Made by a program: the position numbers and the translations under genes | In this document: positions 9,945 to 18,600 of the stretch, in pieces | How positions within the stretch are numbered: the stretch's first letter is position 1 | Layout: every line of letters begins with the position of its first letter | Sequence record: OR413581.1 | DNA length: 64,000 nt | Direction: 5' to 3' (one strand) | The notes under the pieces: generated by a model | Told to the model about the DNA's origin: nothing | The model's input: only the letters and a program-made list of their open reading frames with translations | Database searches by the model: none

Positions 9945-10274
9945 GTGGAAAAGAAATCTGTTAAAGGTTACGTGATGGAAGTAACCCCAAATGCGGCTGA
10001 ACTGGCGAGAGAGTATACCGGGTGTATCGTGCCACTGACCTCAATCGTGGCGTGCGAGGGTTCCTTCTATCTTATCTTCGGCAGTAATGAGCCGGTCTAT
10101 GCGTACATCGATGACCCTGATCAATTTACGGCCCTCTCTATCGCGATGGGTAAAATGCTATCAGACAAGATGATTGAATTCGTTGTCGGGCAAACGATGG
10201 ACATTATCCGCAATCCGGTTGGACACAGCGGAATAAAATGTAAGAAGTGGCAGCTGGCTTGGCTGGCCCACTAA
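9945..10274 (+). CDS. hypothetical protein
   Basis: 109 aa, GTG start, RBS GGAG, followed by terminator. Confidence 0.7.
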   Translation: MEKKSVKGYVMEVTPNAAELAREYTGCIVPLTSIVACEGSFYLIFGSNEPVYAYIDDPDQFTALSIAMGKMLSDKMIEFVVGQTMDIIRNPVGHSGIKCKKWQLAWLAH

Positions 10275-10280
10275 AACACG

Positions 10281-10309
10281 AAGGGAGTTTCGGCTCCCTT
10301 TCTTTTTTT
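10281..10309 (+). terminator. intrinsic terminator
   Basis: AAGGGAGT-TTCG-GCTCCCTT plus T-tract. Confidence 0.85.
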
Positions 10310-10350
10310 GCGTTTTAGGCCAGTGATATGACTACAACGAGGGACAGCTA

Positions 10351-11853
10351 ATGCAACAGTATTTTGAAATTCCATCGTTGGACAAGACCATGCGCAAAGC
10401 TGTGGTCGACGGCGTCGTAGAACGTGTGCTAAACGAATCTGGTATTGAACGTGCCAGTGTTGTTTTTACGGATAGCTTCAACACCGCCCATCAGCCAGGC
10501 TCTACGCTCGGCGATGAGACACCGGTGGACTATTCAGCACCGAACCGTGTCTACGTCGAAGTGGAAGAAGAACGTGATGAACGTGCACGCATTAACCGTC
10601 AAGTTGGGTTAGCGGCAGAGATTCCATTCTTCCATAACCCCGAAGACCAAGTACGCGCTGCTCCTGTCCGCGTAATGTATAACGTGACCATCACGCTCCG
10701 GCGTGTCGGCCCATCGCGCGACGAATTGTTACGTTGGGCGAACCGCCTGGATTCACTTATCGACATGGGTCGCTATTCGACCATGACGGAATCCGAAGCG
10801 TACTACTTGATTCCAAAACCTGCGCTTAAGTTATTGAACGAATGCTATATCGCCGCAGGGACCCGTGTGCCGAAATACGATGACTTTAAAGATTATCTAA
10901 AGGCACATTTCACACCAGACGTTTTCACCACAGGTAATGTCGCCGGTGGCCAGAATGTCTTAGCGGTACGCTACGCACCAACCCGTATCGAGACGGTTTA
11001 CGATGTTATCTCTCCTACCTGGGATAACGACGAAAACCATTACGAGACCAGCTTCGTTATACGCTTCTCATATCAGCGACCCGAAGAGGTGGTGATTACC
11101 TACCCGTACATCATCAACCAGACACCGTTGCCTGATGAATGGTGGCCTGAGATAGACCCACCGTTTGTGAGTAATGAAGAGGGCGTGCAACGTCACCAAC
11201 AGCAAAAGAACCTTGACGGCACTTGGTGGATTAATGAATCTCGCCAGTTCTTACGCCTACCGTATCTGCTGTCACCGACAGAACAGTTTGAACGTACACA
11301 CTCGCCGCTAAAAGCAAAGCTTCTGCATGTGTTCGGCACCGATGTAGCATTCGGTGAAGAAAACATGACCGATCCTGAAGTTTGTAGCATTGACGACCTG
11401 CCGTATGTTTGGAACGCTGAGGTGGTTCCTTATATCGAACACTGCCGCACGATAGACCCGACAGGTCAGACGGGCATTATCCGTATGGAGTTGTTCGAGA
11501 ACGGTCAAATCATTGAACCACGTTTCTACCATTGGGAAAACGGTGTCTTCTCGCTACGTAACCGTGAAGTTCATGTCGAGAAAGCGTACTACTTAACAGA
11601 GTCGGCAATACACGACTGGCGTAATCTGGACTTATGGCCACTGCATCTTTATCCAAAAGCGGCAAAAGTGCTTATTGAGTGGTTATTCCCAGATTGGGAT
11701 TGCCCGGATTGGTGGTGGGATAAACCTGTGTTACCACCAAGTGTGATTGATGAAATCACGAAGTTCTATCGCCGTGTCCTGTTGACGCAATTTAATACCA
11801 CGATTATAGCCATCAGAGGAGCCGATAATGCTCAAGGCGAACAAGAGGGGTGA
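10351..11853 (+). CDS. conserved virion structural protein (neck/tail, phiKZ gp98-101 block)
   Basis: 500 aa, first gene of a coupled 4-gene block; product by synteny. Confidence 0.55.
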   Translation: MQQYFEIPSLDKTMRKAVVDGVVERVLNESGIERASVVFTDSFNTAHQPGSTLGDETPVDYSAPNRVYVEVEEERDERARINRQVGLAAEIPFFHNPEDQVRAAPVRVMYNVTITLRRVGPSRDELLRWANRLDSLIDMGRYSTMTESEAYYLIPKPALKLLNECYIAAGTRVPKYDDFKDYLKAHFTPDVFTTGNVAGGQNVLAVRYAPTRIETVYDVISPTWDNDENHYETSFVIRFSYQRPEEVVITYPYIINQTPLPDEWWPEIDPPFVSNEEGVQRHQQQKNLDGTWWINESRQFLRLPYLLSPTEQFERTHSPLKAKLLHVFGTDVAFGEENMTDPEVCSIDDLPYVWNAEVVPYIEHCRTIDPTGQTGIIRMELFENGQIIEPRFYHWENGVFSLRNREVHVEKAYYLTESAIHDWRNLDLWPLHLYPKAAKVLIEWLFPDWDCPDWWWDKPVLPPSVIDEITKFYRRVLLTQFNTTIIAIRGADNAQGEQEG

Positions 11854-13183
11854 TACTAAATTCGTTCCTGTTGAACCTGAAATTCCGATTATCAATAAAC
11901 CGCAGGACGGGGTGAAAGAAGCCAGCAACTTGGTAACGATTCCAACCCGCACCACGGTAACGGACTTCGACAGGATTCCGAAACAGTATCTCCTGCAATA
12001 CAACGAAGGTTCTGAATGGCCGGTTGATTTTTATCACGCGTTGTCGGGTCGCAACGATCCGAAAACGATGTTCGATACTCAGAATGACAGCCCTACGCAA
12101 CAGCTGCTTAAGATTGTTAATCTGTCATTACGTGTTAACGCACCGCTCGACCGTACGCAGGACGAACAACGTAAGACTTTCGAACTGACCGGGACGTCGA
12201 CCCTGGTAGCATCGATTACACCGAACGAGGGTGACTTCTTTGTTGCGCCGATAGGCGACCATCGCCACGGTCTGTTTAACATCACTGCCGTTACCCGAAT
12301 GTCGAACAACAAAATTGCAACGTACCAGATACGTTACACGATGTTGTACGAGATTACACCGCAGATTGCAGAGACGATTCGTCTGTGCACTGTGAGAACG
12401 CTCCATTACGTCCGTGAGCGCGCGTGGACCGGTGGTGATACCTTACTGACCCCCAACGAGTATCGTACGTTCCTGGAGCTGGGAGACCGCATTAAGGACA
12501 TTGAGACGACGTTTGTTCGCCGTTTCTACGATACCAGTTTAGAAACCCTCGCCTATCCACGTGACTGGAAACTCGACGGGTTAAAGGCGGGGGGTTATTA
12601 CGACGTTTTCTTGGCGATGTTTGTGAAGGCTATTGGTCTTCGAACCGTTGGTAAAGATATCCGTATTTACCCACACCCGCCGAAACCTGTGCAGGATATC
12701 GAAACACTGTTCACGGTGTTGTTAAATCAACAGCCAGAACTACTACCGTACGTCGAGAAAGAATGCAGCGCAGTTAACCCGCGCACATTCAGAACGATGC
12801 AGACCCGCAACACCATTGCATGGTCACAGTTCAGTTCGACGCGTTACTTTACATCACAGATTCGTCAGTTGGCAACGTACGATGGGGAGTGGCCAGAGTT
12901 CGAAGCATTCGAACCGGTTATGTTCCCTGAGTATCAGGGCAACGCAGGCGAGGATATGGTGGCTTTTCTGCCGTTGACGTATAAACCCTACCTGTTAAGC
13001 GAAACGTTCTATAGCGGCTCGTACAGCTCGGTTCTGGAGCATTGTTTGTACCTGTATCTGAACAAACAACCGGTACCTAGTGAAGTGGCTGCGCGTTTAG
13101 CAGAATTGGTGCTGGCTTTACCGAAGGACAGTCAGTTCTATTACGTCCCGATGGTCTACGTGATTTTGAAATACGCGAGGTAG
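11828..13183 (+). CDS. conserved virion structural protein (neck/tail)
   Basis: 451 aa; N-terminal half resembles head-tail connector-type sequences (EGDFFVAPIGD, LFNITAVTR); synteny. Confidence 0.55.
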   Translation: MLKANKRGDTKFVPVEPEIPIINKPQDGVKEASNLVTIPTRTTVTDFDRIPKQYLLQYNEGSEWPVDFYHALSGRNDPKTMFDTQNDSPTQQLLKIVNLSLRVNAPLDRTQDEQRKTFELTGTSTLVASITPNEGDFFVAPIGDHRHGLFNITAVTRMSNNKIATYQIRYTMLYEITPQIAETIRLCTVRTLHYVRERAWTGGDTLLTPNEYRTFLELGDRIKDIETTFVRRFYDTSLETLAYPRDWKLDGLKAGGYYDVFLAMFVKAIGLRTVGKDIRIYPHPPKPVQDIETLFTVLLNQQPELLPYVEKECSAVNPRTFRTMQTRNTIAWSQFSSTRYFTSQIRQLATYDGEWPEFEAFEPVMFPEYQGNAGEDMVAFLPLTYKPYLLSETFYSGSYSSVLEHCLYLYLNKQPVPSEVAARLAELVLALPKDSQFYYVPMVYVILKYAR

Positions 13184-13185
13184 TA

Positions 13186-13725
13186 ATGTCGGAGAAGAAG
13201 CGCAGTGCAGCATTTATGCTGTTTAAAGCGTGGGTGTTCTTCCGGGTACCGGAATACGCAACCATCACAACCTACGCCAGTCAGGAACACGGATTGTTCT
13301 TGCCAGAAGACCCGAAGAAACGACAAGCGTTGTTACTGAACATGAAGCCTATCTATCTGCACCCCTCAGAAGCTGCTGAGTATTTAGCGACCGGTGGTGC
13401 GTTAGATGTACACGACCCGCATGACGGGATTAAAGTGTACGGGTGGATTATGGAACACCTTGCGGACTGGCTGAACTATCTGGAGAACCCGACGCTGATT
13501 TACCGGGAAGTCCCTATCGAAGGGTTGCGTCAGTTCAATGTGCTGGCTTCGAAACTGTTTCCTGTGGCTAACCGCTACGGGTATTTCAAGAAACCCACGG
13601 CAACGATGGCGGACTGTGTTCAGTCGTTATTTGGGCAGGTCCGCCTGGAGTCTAAACTCCACCGTTTTAATGATACGATTATGAAACGTATTGAGTACGC
13701 TTATAGAGCCCGAGGAGGTCGCTAA
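13186..13725 (+). CDS. conserved hypothetical protein of the tail block
   Basis: 179 aa, TAATG coupling to next gene. Confidence 0.65.
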   Translation: MSEKKRSAAFMLFKAWVFFRVPEYATITTYASQEHGLFLPEDPKKRQALLLNMKPIYLHPSEAAEYLATGGALDVHDPHDGIKVYGWIMEHLADWLNYLENPTLIYREVPIEGLRQFNVLASKLFPVANRYGYFKKPTATMADCVQSLFGQVRLESKLHRFNDTIMKRIEYAYRARGGR

Positions 13726-15038
13726 TGTCGTTTGGTCGGTTACAACAGATGGCGAACGGTCACATCGCTAATGCTCGGGGGTTACCGGCTATCGACTACG
13801 GGATATTCCTCACGGTACACGGTGCCCCAGTGACGGTGTTGAAGATGCTGTCTATCATTCACACCGGTCACTTTACGCGTGATATCTGTTTATTGACACA
13901 TCTCACCTTGGCTATACCCTACAGCCACATGCGAATGATCACGTCGTCCGCAGAAGGGGATTTGAAGGTAAAGCTGTTACTGCGTCGTGGACAGAAAATC
14001 GCGGGGGTCTTTAACTACCGCGGCATCGTGATAAATAACCGCGACCACAACGCGGAATCACCGACGATGTTCTTGAGTCAGTCTGATGAAAAATCTATCG
14101 CATTGGTAACATTGGAGCTGATGGATGAGTCGATGTGGTTCCTGCGTAATCGTCAAGTGGGCGGCATCTACCACGAAACAGATGGGTTAACAGTGGCTCG
14201 CTCGATATTGGCGGATACGTTGCCGGAAGGGGTGGCTGCAGAGGGGCAGTTGAAAGGGATTGAATACGACGAGGAAGAACAGCAGGCATATCGGGACATT
14301 GTCATACCCGACTCCGAAGACTTCTTAAGCGTGTTTGATTATCTGCAGAACCATTACGGTGTTTACAGCAAAGGTATTGGGGTCTTCCAATACCTACAAC
14401 GTTGGTATCTGTATCGACCTTGGGACTCGTTGAAGTTTAATAACACAACGAAGCCTAAACTGGTCATCTATAATCTGCCTCGTGAACAGGCTGCTCACAT
14501 TGACCGCACCACCGATATTGCGGGTAATGTTATCTATCTGATTTGTGGCGGCGACACCAGTAGTTTGGAATACCGTGACCAGGCCGCGCTTAACCAGGGT
14601 ACGGGTTACCGGGTAGGGTCTGTACGTGTGTTGGATGGGCGTAGTAGTTCATTTACGCCTGGCGACATCAGTATGACCACACCTGATAAATTTGTGGCAC
14701 AGGCTGACCCTGCTGCGTATCCAGGTGGTGTGGTTAACGCACCAATCGATCCTGATAAGCACTTTAGCGATACCGATAAACCACAGCGGTCTAAACTGGA
14801 GATGAGCCTGGGTACGATTGTGCAAACAACATGGAACCGTTCAACGCACGGCATCCTATATCCCGGTATGCCGGTAAAATACGTTTTTGCCAACGAGTAT
14901 GGGGTCTATACCCGCTACGGCACGTTGGTGGGTGAAGTGTTCCAGTCTGCTGTCGACGGTCAAACGATGGCGTCCGGGCGCTATAACACCCAATCTCAAC
15001 TGAGCCTTTGGCTCAAAGATGAAAAATTTACAGCTTAG
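13725..15038 (+). CDS. virion structural protein, possibly baseplate hub (phiKZ gp101-like)
   Basis: 437 aa; C-terminal LYPGMPVKY beta-rich segment; synteny. Confidence 0.5.
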   Translation: MSFGRLQQMANGHIANARGLPAIDYGIFLTVHGAPVTVLKMLSIIHTGHFTRDICLLTHLTLAIPYSHMRMITSSAEGDLKVKLLLRRGQKIAGVFNYRGIVINNRDHNAESPTMFLSQSDEKSIALVTLELMDESMWFLRNRQVGGIYHETDGLTVARSILADTLPEGVAAEGQLKGIEYDEEEQQAYRDIVIPDSEDFLSVFDYLQNHYGVYSKGIGVFQYLQRWYLYRPWDSLKFNNTTKPKLVIYNLPREQAAHIDRTTDIAGNVIYLICGGDTSSLEYRDQAALNQGTGYRVGSVRVLDGRSSSFTPGDISMTTPDKFVAQADPAAYPGGVVNAPIDPDKHFSDTDKPQRSKLEMSLGTIVQTTWNRSTHGILYPGMPVKYVFANEYGVYTRYGTLVGEVFQSAVDGQTMASGRYNTQSQLSLWLKDEKFTA

Positions 15039-15050
15039 TCATCTAGTATG
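15028..15050 (+). promoter_or_regulatory. bipartite promoter candidate TTAC-N15-TATG
   Basis: AAAAATTTAC 15022-15031, TATG 15047-15050. Confidence 0.65.
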
Positions 15051-15081
15051 ACCCGTAAGTAACCTTAAGGAAAATATTGCA

Positions 15082-15879
15082 ATGAAAGCGATTCACACCT
15101 TTCGCATGACCGGCCAAACTGTTCTCGACATTGATGCGTATGAAGCCGCTAACTTCACCAAACCGACCAAGCTCTGGGATCGCCTGGTTAAGGTACTGCC
15201 GCAAAGCGGTGAGGTGCAGTTGGATTTTGTCATGGCATCGACGTTGGATAAAACAGTGGCAGTTATTTATACTGCTGACGGTGTGCAGAGTAAGAAGGAC
15301 CTGGCAATCGAAGATAAAGGCGGGCTGGGTTATCACTTGTTCCTGCACTGCGTAACCACTGCACCGATTTCAGCTGCGCTGGCGGGGCAGTACGGTTTCG
15401 CGAATGCGTATTTCCTGGCACAGAAACTCGCCGTGAATGTTATTCCGGGTGACGTGACCACTTACCCTGAATACGTACAGCGTATCCTGCCAGAGCACTT
15501 CGCTGCAGACGACTACGATTTCAACGTGTTCCGTTTCGCATTGATCGGCGAATCGCGCGATCCAGAATACACCGTTGGCTTGCGTGCCTGTCTGCGTCAC
15601 TCCGTTATCTCTTCGGATGAAGGGATGTCGAATAACGTGAACGAAGTGTTCCCGATGATGCAAGTCGGTCCGTATATCACTTTCAACTCGTACATTCCGT
15701 TCCCGGCACAGATTCTGCCGCCGCAGAACGATAACAGTGTACTGCCAATCGCCGACAAGTATTCACTGCGTGCGAGCGAAGCAGTTGAAGTGATTAACGA
15801 TCGTCGCTTTACATTGTCAGTGACCAGCGGCATCAGTGAACCGGAAGTTGCGGTCTCACAGAGCCTGGATTTGATGTAA
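15082..15879 (+). CDS. hypothetical protein
   Basis: 265 aa, RBS AAGGA. Confidence 0.8.
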   Translation: MKAIHTFRMTGQTVLDIDAYEAANFTKPTKLWDRLVKVLPQSGEVQLDFVMASTLDKTVAVIYTADGVQSKKDLAIEDKGGLGYHLFLHCVTTAPISAALAGQYGFANAYFLAQKLAVNVIPGDVTTYPEYVQRILPEHFAADDYDFNVFRFALIGESRDPEYTVGLRACLRHSVISSDEGMSNNVNEVFPMMQVGPYITFNSYIPFPAQILPPQNDNSVLPIADKYSLRASEAVEVINDRRFTLSVTSGISEPEVAVSQSLDLM

Positions 15880-15885
15880 ATGTGT

Positions 15886-15921
15886 GCCTGGTCTCCTTGT
15901 GAGACCAGGTCTCTTTATTTT
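15886..15921 (+). terminator. intrinsic terminator
   Basis: GCCTGGTCTC/GAGACCAGGT stem plus T-rich tail. Confidence 0.75.
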
Positions 15922-15923
15922 AG

Positions 15924-16025
15924 CCCTCTAAACGCACTCACAACCTTCTAAAGCCACTCTAACGGTAGAACGACCCTCTATAGTGATAAAAGCTCTCAAA
16001 ACGCGTTTGAGAGCGTTATAGAGGG
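15924..16025. repeat. five CTCT-A-type direct repeats and a nested inverted repeat
   Basis: CCCTCTAAA 15924, CCTTCTAAA 15944, CACTCTAAC 15955, CCCTCTATA 15974, GCTCTCAAA 15992; stems 15974-82/16017-25 and 15992-16000/16006-14. Confidence 0.7.
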
Positions 16026-16045
16026 TGTACTCTGAATAAAAATAA

Positions 16046-16070
16046 TTTCAGATATATATTACCTAGGTGA
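16046..16070 (+). promoter_or_regulatory. early-type phage promoter
   Basis: TTTCAGATATATATTACCTAGGTGA, identical to 7544-7568. Confidence 0.8.
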
Positions 16071-16091
16071 TAGAAGACAATCTATCAACTC

Positions 16092-16118
16092 AATCGACTA
16101 TTAATCTAAAGGAGTATT
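16092..16118 (+). repeat. conserved 27-nt leader/RBS element
   Basis: AATCGACTATTAATCTAAAGGAGTATT, identical to 44594-44620. Confidence 0.85.
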
Positions 16119-16121
16119 GCC

Positions 16122-16265
16122 ATGTTAACTCGTAACCATAAACGTGCCATCTTTGCCATCGTTGCTGTTGTTGCTTTCGCGGTACTGTCTATCACTGTAA
16201 CTCAAGATTACAATAAGTGTATCGATAACGGTAACTCTGTTGCCATGTGTACAGGTCGCGGCTAA
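16122..16265 (+). CDS. 47-aa single-pass membrane peptide with C-x9-C
   Basis: Not in ORF track. MLTRNHKRAIFAIVAVVAFAVLSITVTQDYNKCIDNGNSVAMCTGRG; AAGGAG RBS; TAATG coupling to next gene. Confidence 0.8.
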   Translation: MLTRNHKRAIFAIVAVVAFAVLSITVTQDYNKCIDNGNSVAMCTGRG

Positions 16266-16447
16266 TGGACTTTTCTGATGCGCAGTTTGCCGAGTTCTTA
16301 TCTCACCCGCGTGTTAAACGTGAGTGGGATAATCTCACTAACAGTGTTCGTCGTCAGGACGAAGAAGAAATCGTTCACGTTACCGCACAAGTCTTACTCG
16401 TCTCACCGACAGGTAATGTGTTTCCAATGCAGCAGGAGATTTACTAA
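16265..16447 (+). CDS. small hypothetical protein
   Basis: 60 aa from ATG 16265, coupled on both sides. Confidence 0.7.
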   Translation: MDFSDAQFAEFLSHPRVKREWDNLTNSVRRQDEEEIVHVTAQVLLVSPTGNVFPMQQEIY

Positions 16448-16635
16448 TGGGTGTTTTAGTTAATTACGATGGTAAAAACGGAATCGTGCTTCGTGAAGTG
16501 GAAGATAACGAAGCAGTAGAGGTGAATCCGCAAACCTCAGAACGCACATTTATCGTGGGGCCGAAAAGCGCACTACCGAAGCCGGACTGGAAAGAAGAGC
16601 TGGCGAAGTTCCGTGGGGAACTCGGGAAGAAGTAG
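16447..16635 (+). CDS. small hypothetical protein
   Basis: 62 aa, RBS AGGAG, followed by terminator. Confidence 0.7.
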   Translation: MGVLVNYDGKNGIVLREVEDNEAVEVNPQTSERTFIVGPKSALPKPDWKEELAKFRGELGKK

Positions 16636-16646
16636 TATAGCTAATT

Positions 16647-16676
16647 TAATACCACCTACGGGTGGTATTATTTTTT
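16647..16676 (+). terminator. intrinsic terminator
   Basis: TAATACCACC-TACG-GGTGGTATTA plus T6. Confidence 0.85.
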
Positions 16677-16694
16677 GCCTAAGGAACGTGAAAA

Positions 16695-17111
16695 ATGATT
16701 AATGAGAAGCTCCAAAAGTATTTAAAGAATGACACCGACTGGATGGTCCTTGACCAGTACGGACGATTTGTTCCGCTATCCAAGGATTCCCCTATACCCC
16801 GTGACAAGGCGATTTATATTCCTGACGGTAAGGGCGGTTATCGTTTCTGGGAAGGCCAGGAAGTAAAAGAGGAAATGTTCTACATGGAGCCGAAGTTCCG
16901 TGCGGCGTTCCCATCGAAAAATATCAACGGCTATGTTTACAACGCAATTCCGCCAATTACGCACCCTAATTTTGAGGTTGTGAATTACCCTGCAACTGTT
17001 TTGGATTGGCAACGTGCCATTAGTGAACACTACACGATTCCGCTTGAAGGTGTTTACTTCCCATTCCGTGATATTAGTTTAGATGACTTTATTAACTCTC
17101 TTAAGGACTAA
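16695..17111 (+). CDS. hypothetical protein
   Basis: 138 aa, RBS AAGGA. Confidence 0.75.
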   Translation: MINEKLQKYLKNDTDWMVLDQYGRFVPLSKDSPIPRDKAIYIPDGKGGYRFWEGQEVKEEMFYMEPKFRAAFPSKNINGYVYNAIPPITHPNFEVVNYPATVLDWQRAISEHYTIPLEGVYFPFRDISLDDFINSLKD

Positions 17112-17113
17112 AA

Positions 17114-17974
17114 ATGTACAGCATTACTGATTTCATCAAAAGTTCAGATTTCCCCCTACCTCCCGACCACGAAGTATTGGCTAGCGATCCGTTAACCGAT
17201 GCGGCCATTGTCCAGCTGGACCGCGACAAACGTCGTACTTACGTCGTGTTGGTCGAAGGGCAGAGCTACGGCCTGTCTTCTTACGACCTGGAGCAGCAGG
17301 AGCGTTTCCTCGATGAAAACCGCAAAACGTCAATGTATAGCGCTATCTCGCGCGCGTTGTGCAAGGTAATGGCGACGATCACAGACAGCAAAAAGCGCAT
17401 TGCCGTGCTACAGGGTATCAATGCGCTAACGACCAAAATCCAGCAACTTGAAGGTTTCCATTGCCCACGATTGGAAGCCGCACAGAAGGATGCTAAGGGC
17501 GATGAGGCCATGGCGCTGTTTGAAGGCAATACTGTCTTTGCAACAGCTGAAGCTTGTTATCTCACCTATCCAACTTTTAACTATACGCCAATCAGCGACA
17601 CCGTAGACGGGATTAAAGTAGAGAACGTCGTGCAATGGGGTCGCGCAAATCTCAAGTTTGTGATGTCCCATGAAGAAGAAAATCAAGACGGCCTTGGCCA
17701 GAAGATTCAACGTTGGTTCACGGCGCGTTTGGACGCCGACTGGGAAGCGCATGTTAACGCAGAGCTTCGTAAGTTTCACGCGGTAGTCGCATTGTTAAAA
17801 GAAGACGCTCCCGCCCCGAAACAATCGAAGGCACCAGTGGTTGGCTGGACGTGTTCCGGCTGTAACCGCAACCATGTCGCTACAGTACCGAGAACTCATC
17901 GCTACACTTCGCAGACGATGAACATTGCTTGCCCGGCTTGCGGTAAGATCAACGAAGTTGATTATAAACCGTAG
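17114..17974 (+). CDS. hypothetical protein with C-terminal zinc ribbon
   Basis: 286 aa; CSGC...CPAC at C-terminus. Confidence 0.75.
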   Translation: MYSITDFIKSSDFPLPPDHEVLASDPLTDAAIVQLDRDKRRTYVVLVEGQSYGLSSYDLEQQERFLDENRKTSMYSAISRALCKVMATITDSKKRIAVLQGINALTTKIQQLEGFHCPRLEAAQKDAKGDEAMALFEGNTVFATAEACYLTYPTFNYTPISDTVDGIKVENVVQWGRANLKFVMSHEEENQDGLGQKIQRWFTARLDADWEAHVNAELRKFHAVVALLKEDAPAPKQSKAPVVGWTCSGCNRNHVATVPRTHRYTSQTMNIACPACGKINEVDYKP

Positions 17975-17980
17975 TAGTAC

Positions 17981-18020
17981 CCCCTCTTACCTTCGGGTAA
18001 GAGGGTTTTATATTTATTTT
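17981..18020 (+). terminator. intrinsic terminator (25 nt identical to 44467)
   Basis: CCCCTCTTACC-TTCG-GGTAAGAGGG plus T-rich tail. Confidence 0.9.
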
Positions 18021-18023
18021 CCG

Positions 18024-18062
18024 AAAAGAAAATAAAAGGCGCTCTCTCCCGAAGGAGAGAGC
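18024..18062 (-). terminator. minus-strand intrinsic terminator
   Basis: Minus strand reads GCTCTCTCC-TTCG-GGAGAGAGC followed by T-rich tail. Confidence 0.8.
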
Positions 18063-18088
18063 TTATTCACATCCACTTAGAGGTTAAC

Positions 18089-18235
18089 ATGAATACCTTT
18101 ATACAACAACTGCGTCAGCAACAGCTGAAACAAGTCGCTTTTCAACAACGTCTGCAAGAGGTTAGCCGCCAACCGCAGACTTCCACCCGTACCATTAAAG
18201 GACTAGGAGGTGACATCATCTTCAATAAGAAGTAA
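18089..18235 (+). CDS. 48-aa Gln-rich peptide, tandem paralog A
   Basis: Not in ORF track. MNTFIQQLRQQQLKQVAFQQRLQEVSRQPQTSTRTIKGLGGDIIFNKK; RBS AGAGGT; 18/48 identical to paralog B without gaps. Confidence 0.8.
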   Translation: MNTFIQQLRQQQLKQVAFQQRLQEVSRQPQTSTRTIKGLGGDIIFNKK

Positions 18236-18243
18236 CACTAACC

Positions 18244-18266
18244 AGGGGTGCTCGAACACCCCTTTT
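18244..18266 (+). terminator. hairpin/terminator after peptide A
   Basis: AGGGGTG-CTCGAA-CACCCCT plus TTT. Confidence 0.6.
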
Positions 18267-18347
18267 AACTCCCGTGACAGTATATCAGTGCATTGTGTAC
18301 CACCACAGCGCAGCGATATATTAACAACCTGCCTAAGGAGGCACTAC

Positions 18348-18494
18348 ATGGAACAACTACGTTCGCAAATACTTAACCATTACGTTAAGCAAACCCAATT
18401 CAACCAACGTGTACAACAGTTGACTGCGCCCAAGCAGAACACTGTTCGTCGTATCAAGGGTTTAGGAGGTGAAATACTACTAAACAAAAGTTAA
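18348..18494 (+). CDS. 48-aa Gln-rich peptide, tandem paralog B
   Basis: MEQLRSQILNHYVKQTQFNQRVQQLTAPKQNTVRRIKGLGGEILLNKS; RBS AAGGAGG 6 nt upstream; same length as paralog A. Confidence 0.85.
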   Translation: MEQLRSQILNHYVKQTQFNQRVQQLTAPKQNTVRRIKGLGGEILLNKS

Positions 18495-18507
18495 CATGAA
18501 ATAACTC

Positions 18508-18535
18508 TTACCCGAGTGTTCCAGCACTCGGGTAA
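18508..18535. other. 11-bp perfect hairpin after peptide B
   Basis: TTACCCGAGTG-TTCCAG-CACTCGGGTAA. Confidence 0.7.
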
Positions 18536-18600
18536 TTCCATGCATATAAATAGTTCGTCGTATTTTTTTTGATCTTGGCAGGACGCATAAACTGCCCGTA

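Noticed and set aside
18210-18347. 94-aa version of peptide B
   Set aside because: The extension crosses a terminator-like hairpin. ATG 18348 has AAGGAGG and gives the same length as paralog A.
18089-18494. Double-glycine bacteriocin/RiPP precursor or type I toxin reading of the peptides
   Set aside because: GG leaves only 7 residues, no peptidase-ABC transporter or modifying enzyme is adjacent, and the peptides are not hydrophobic.
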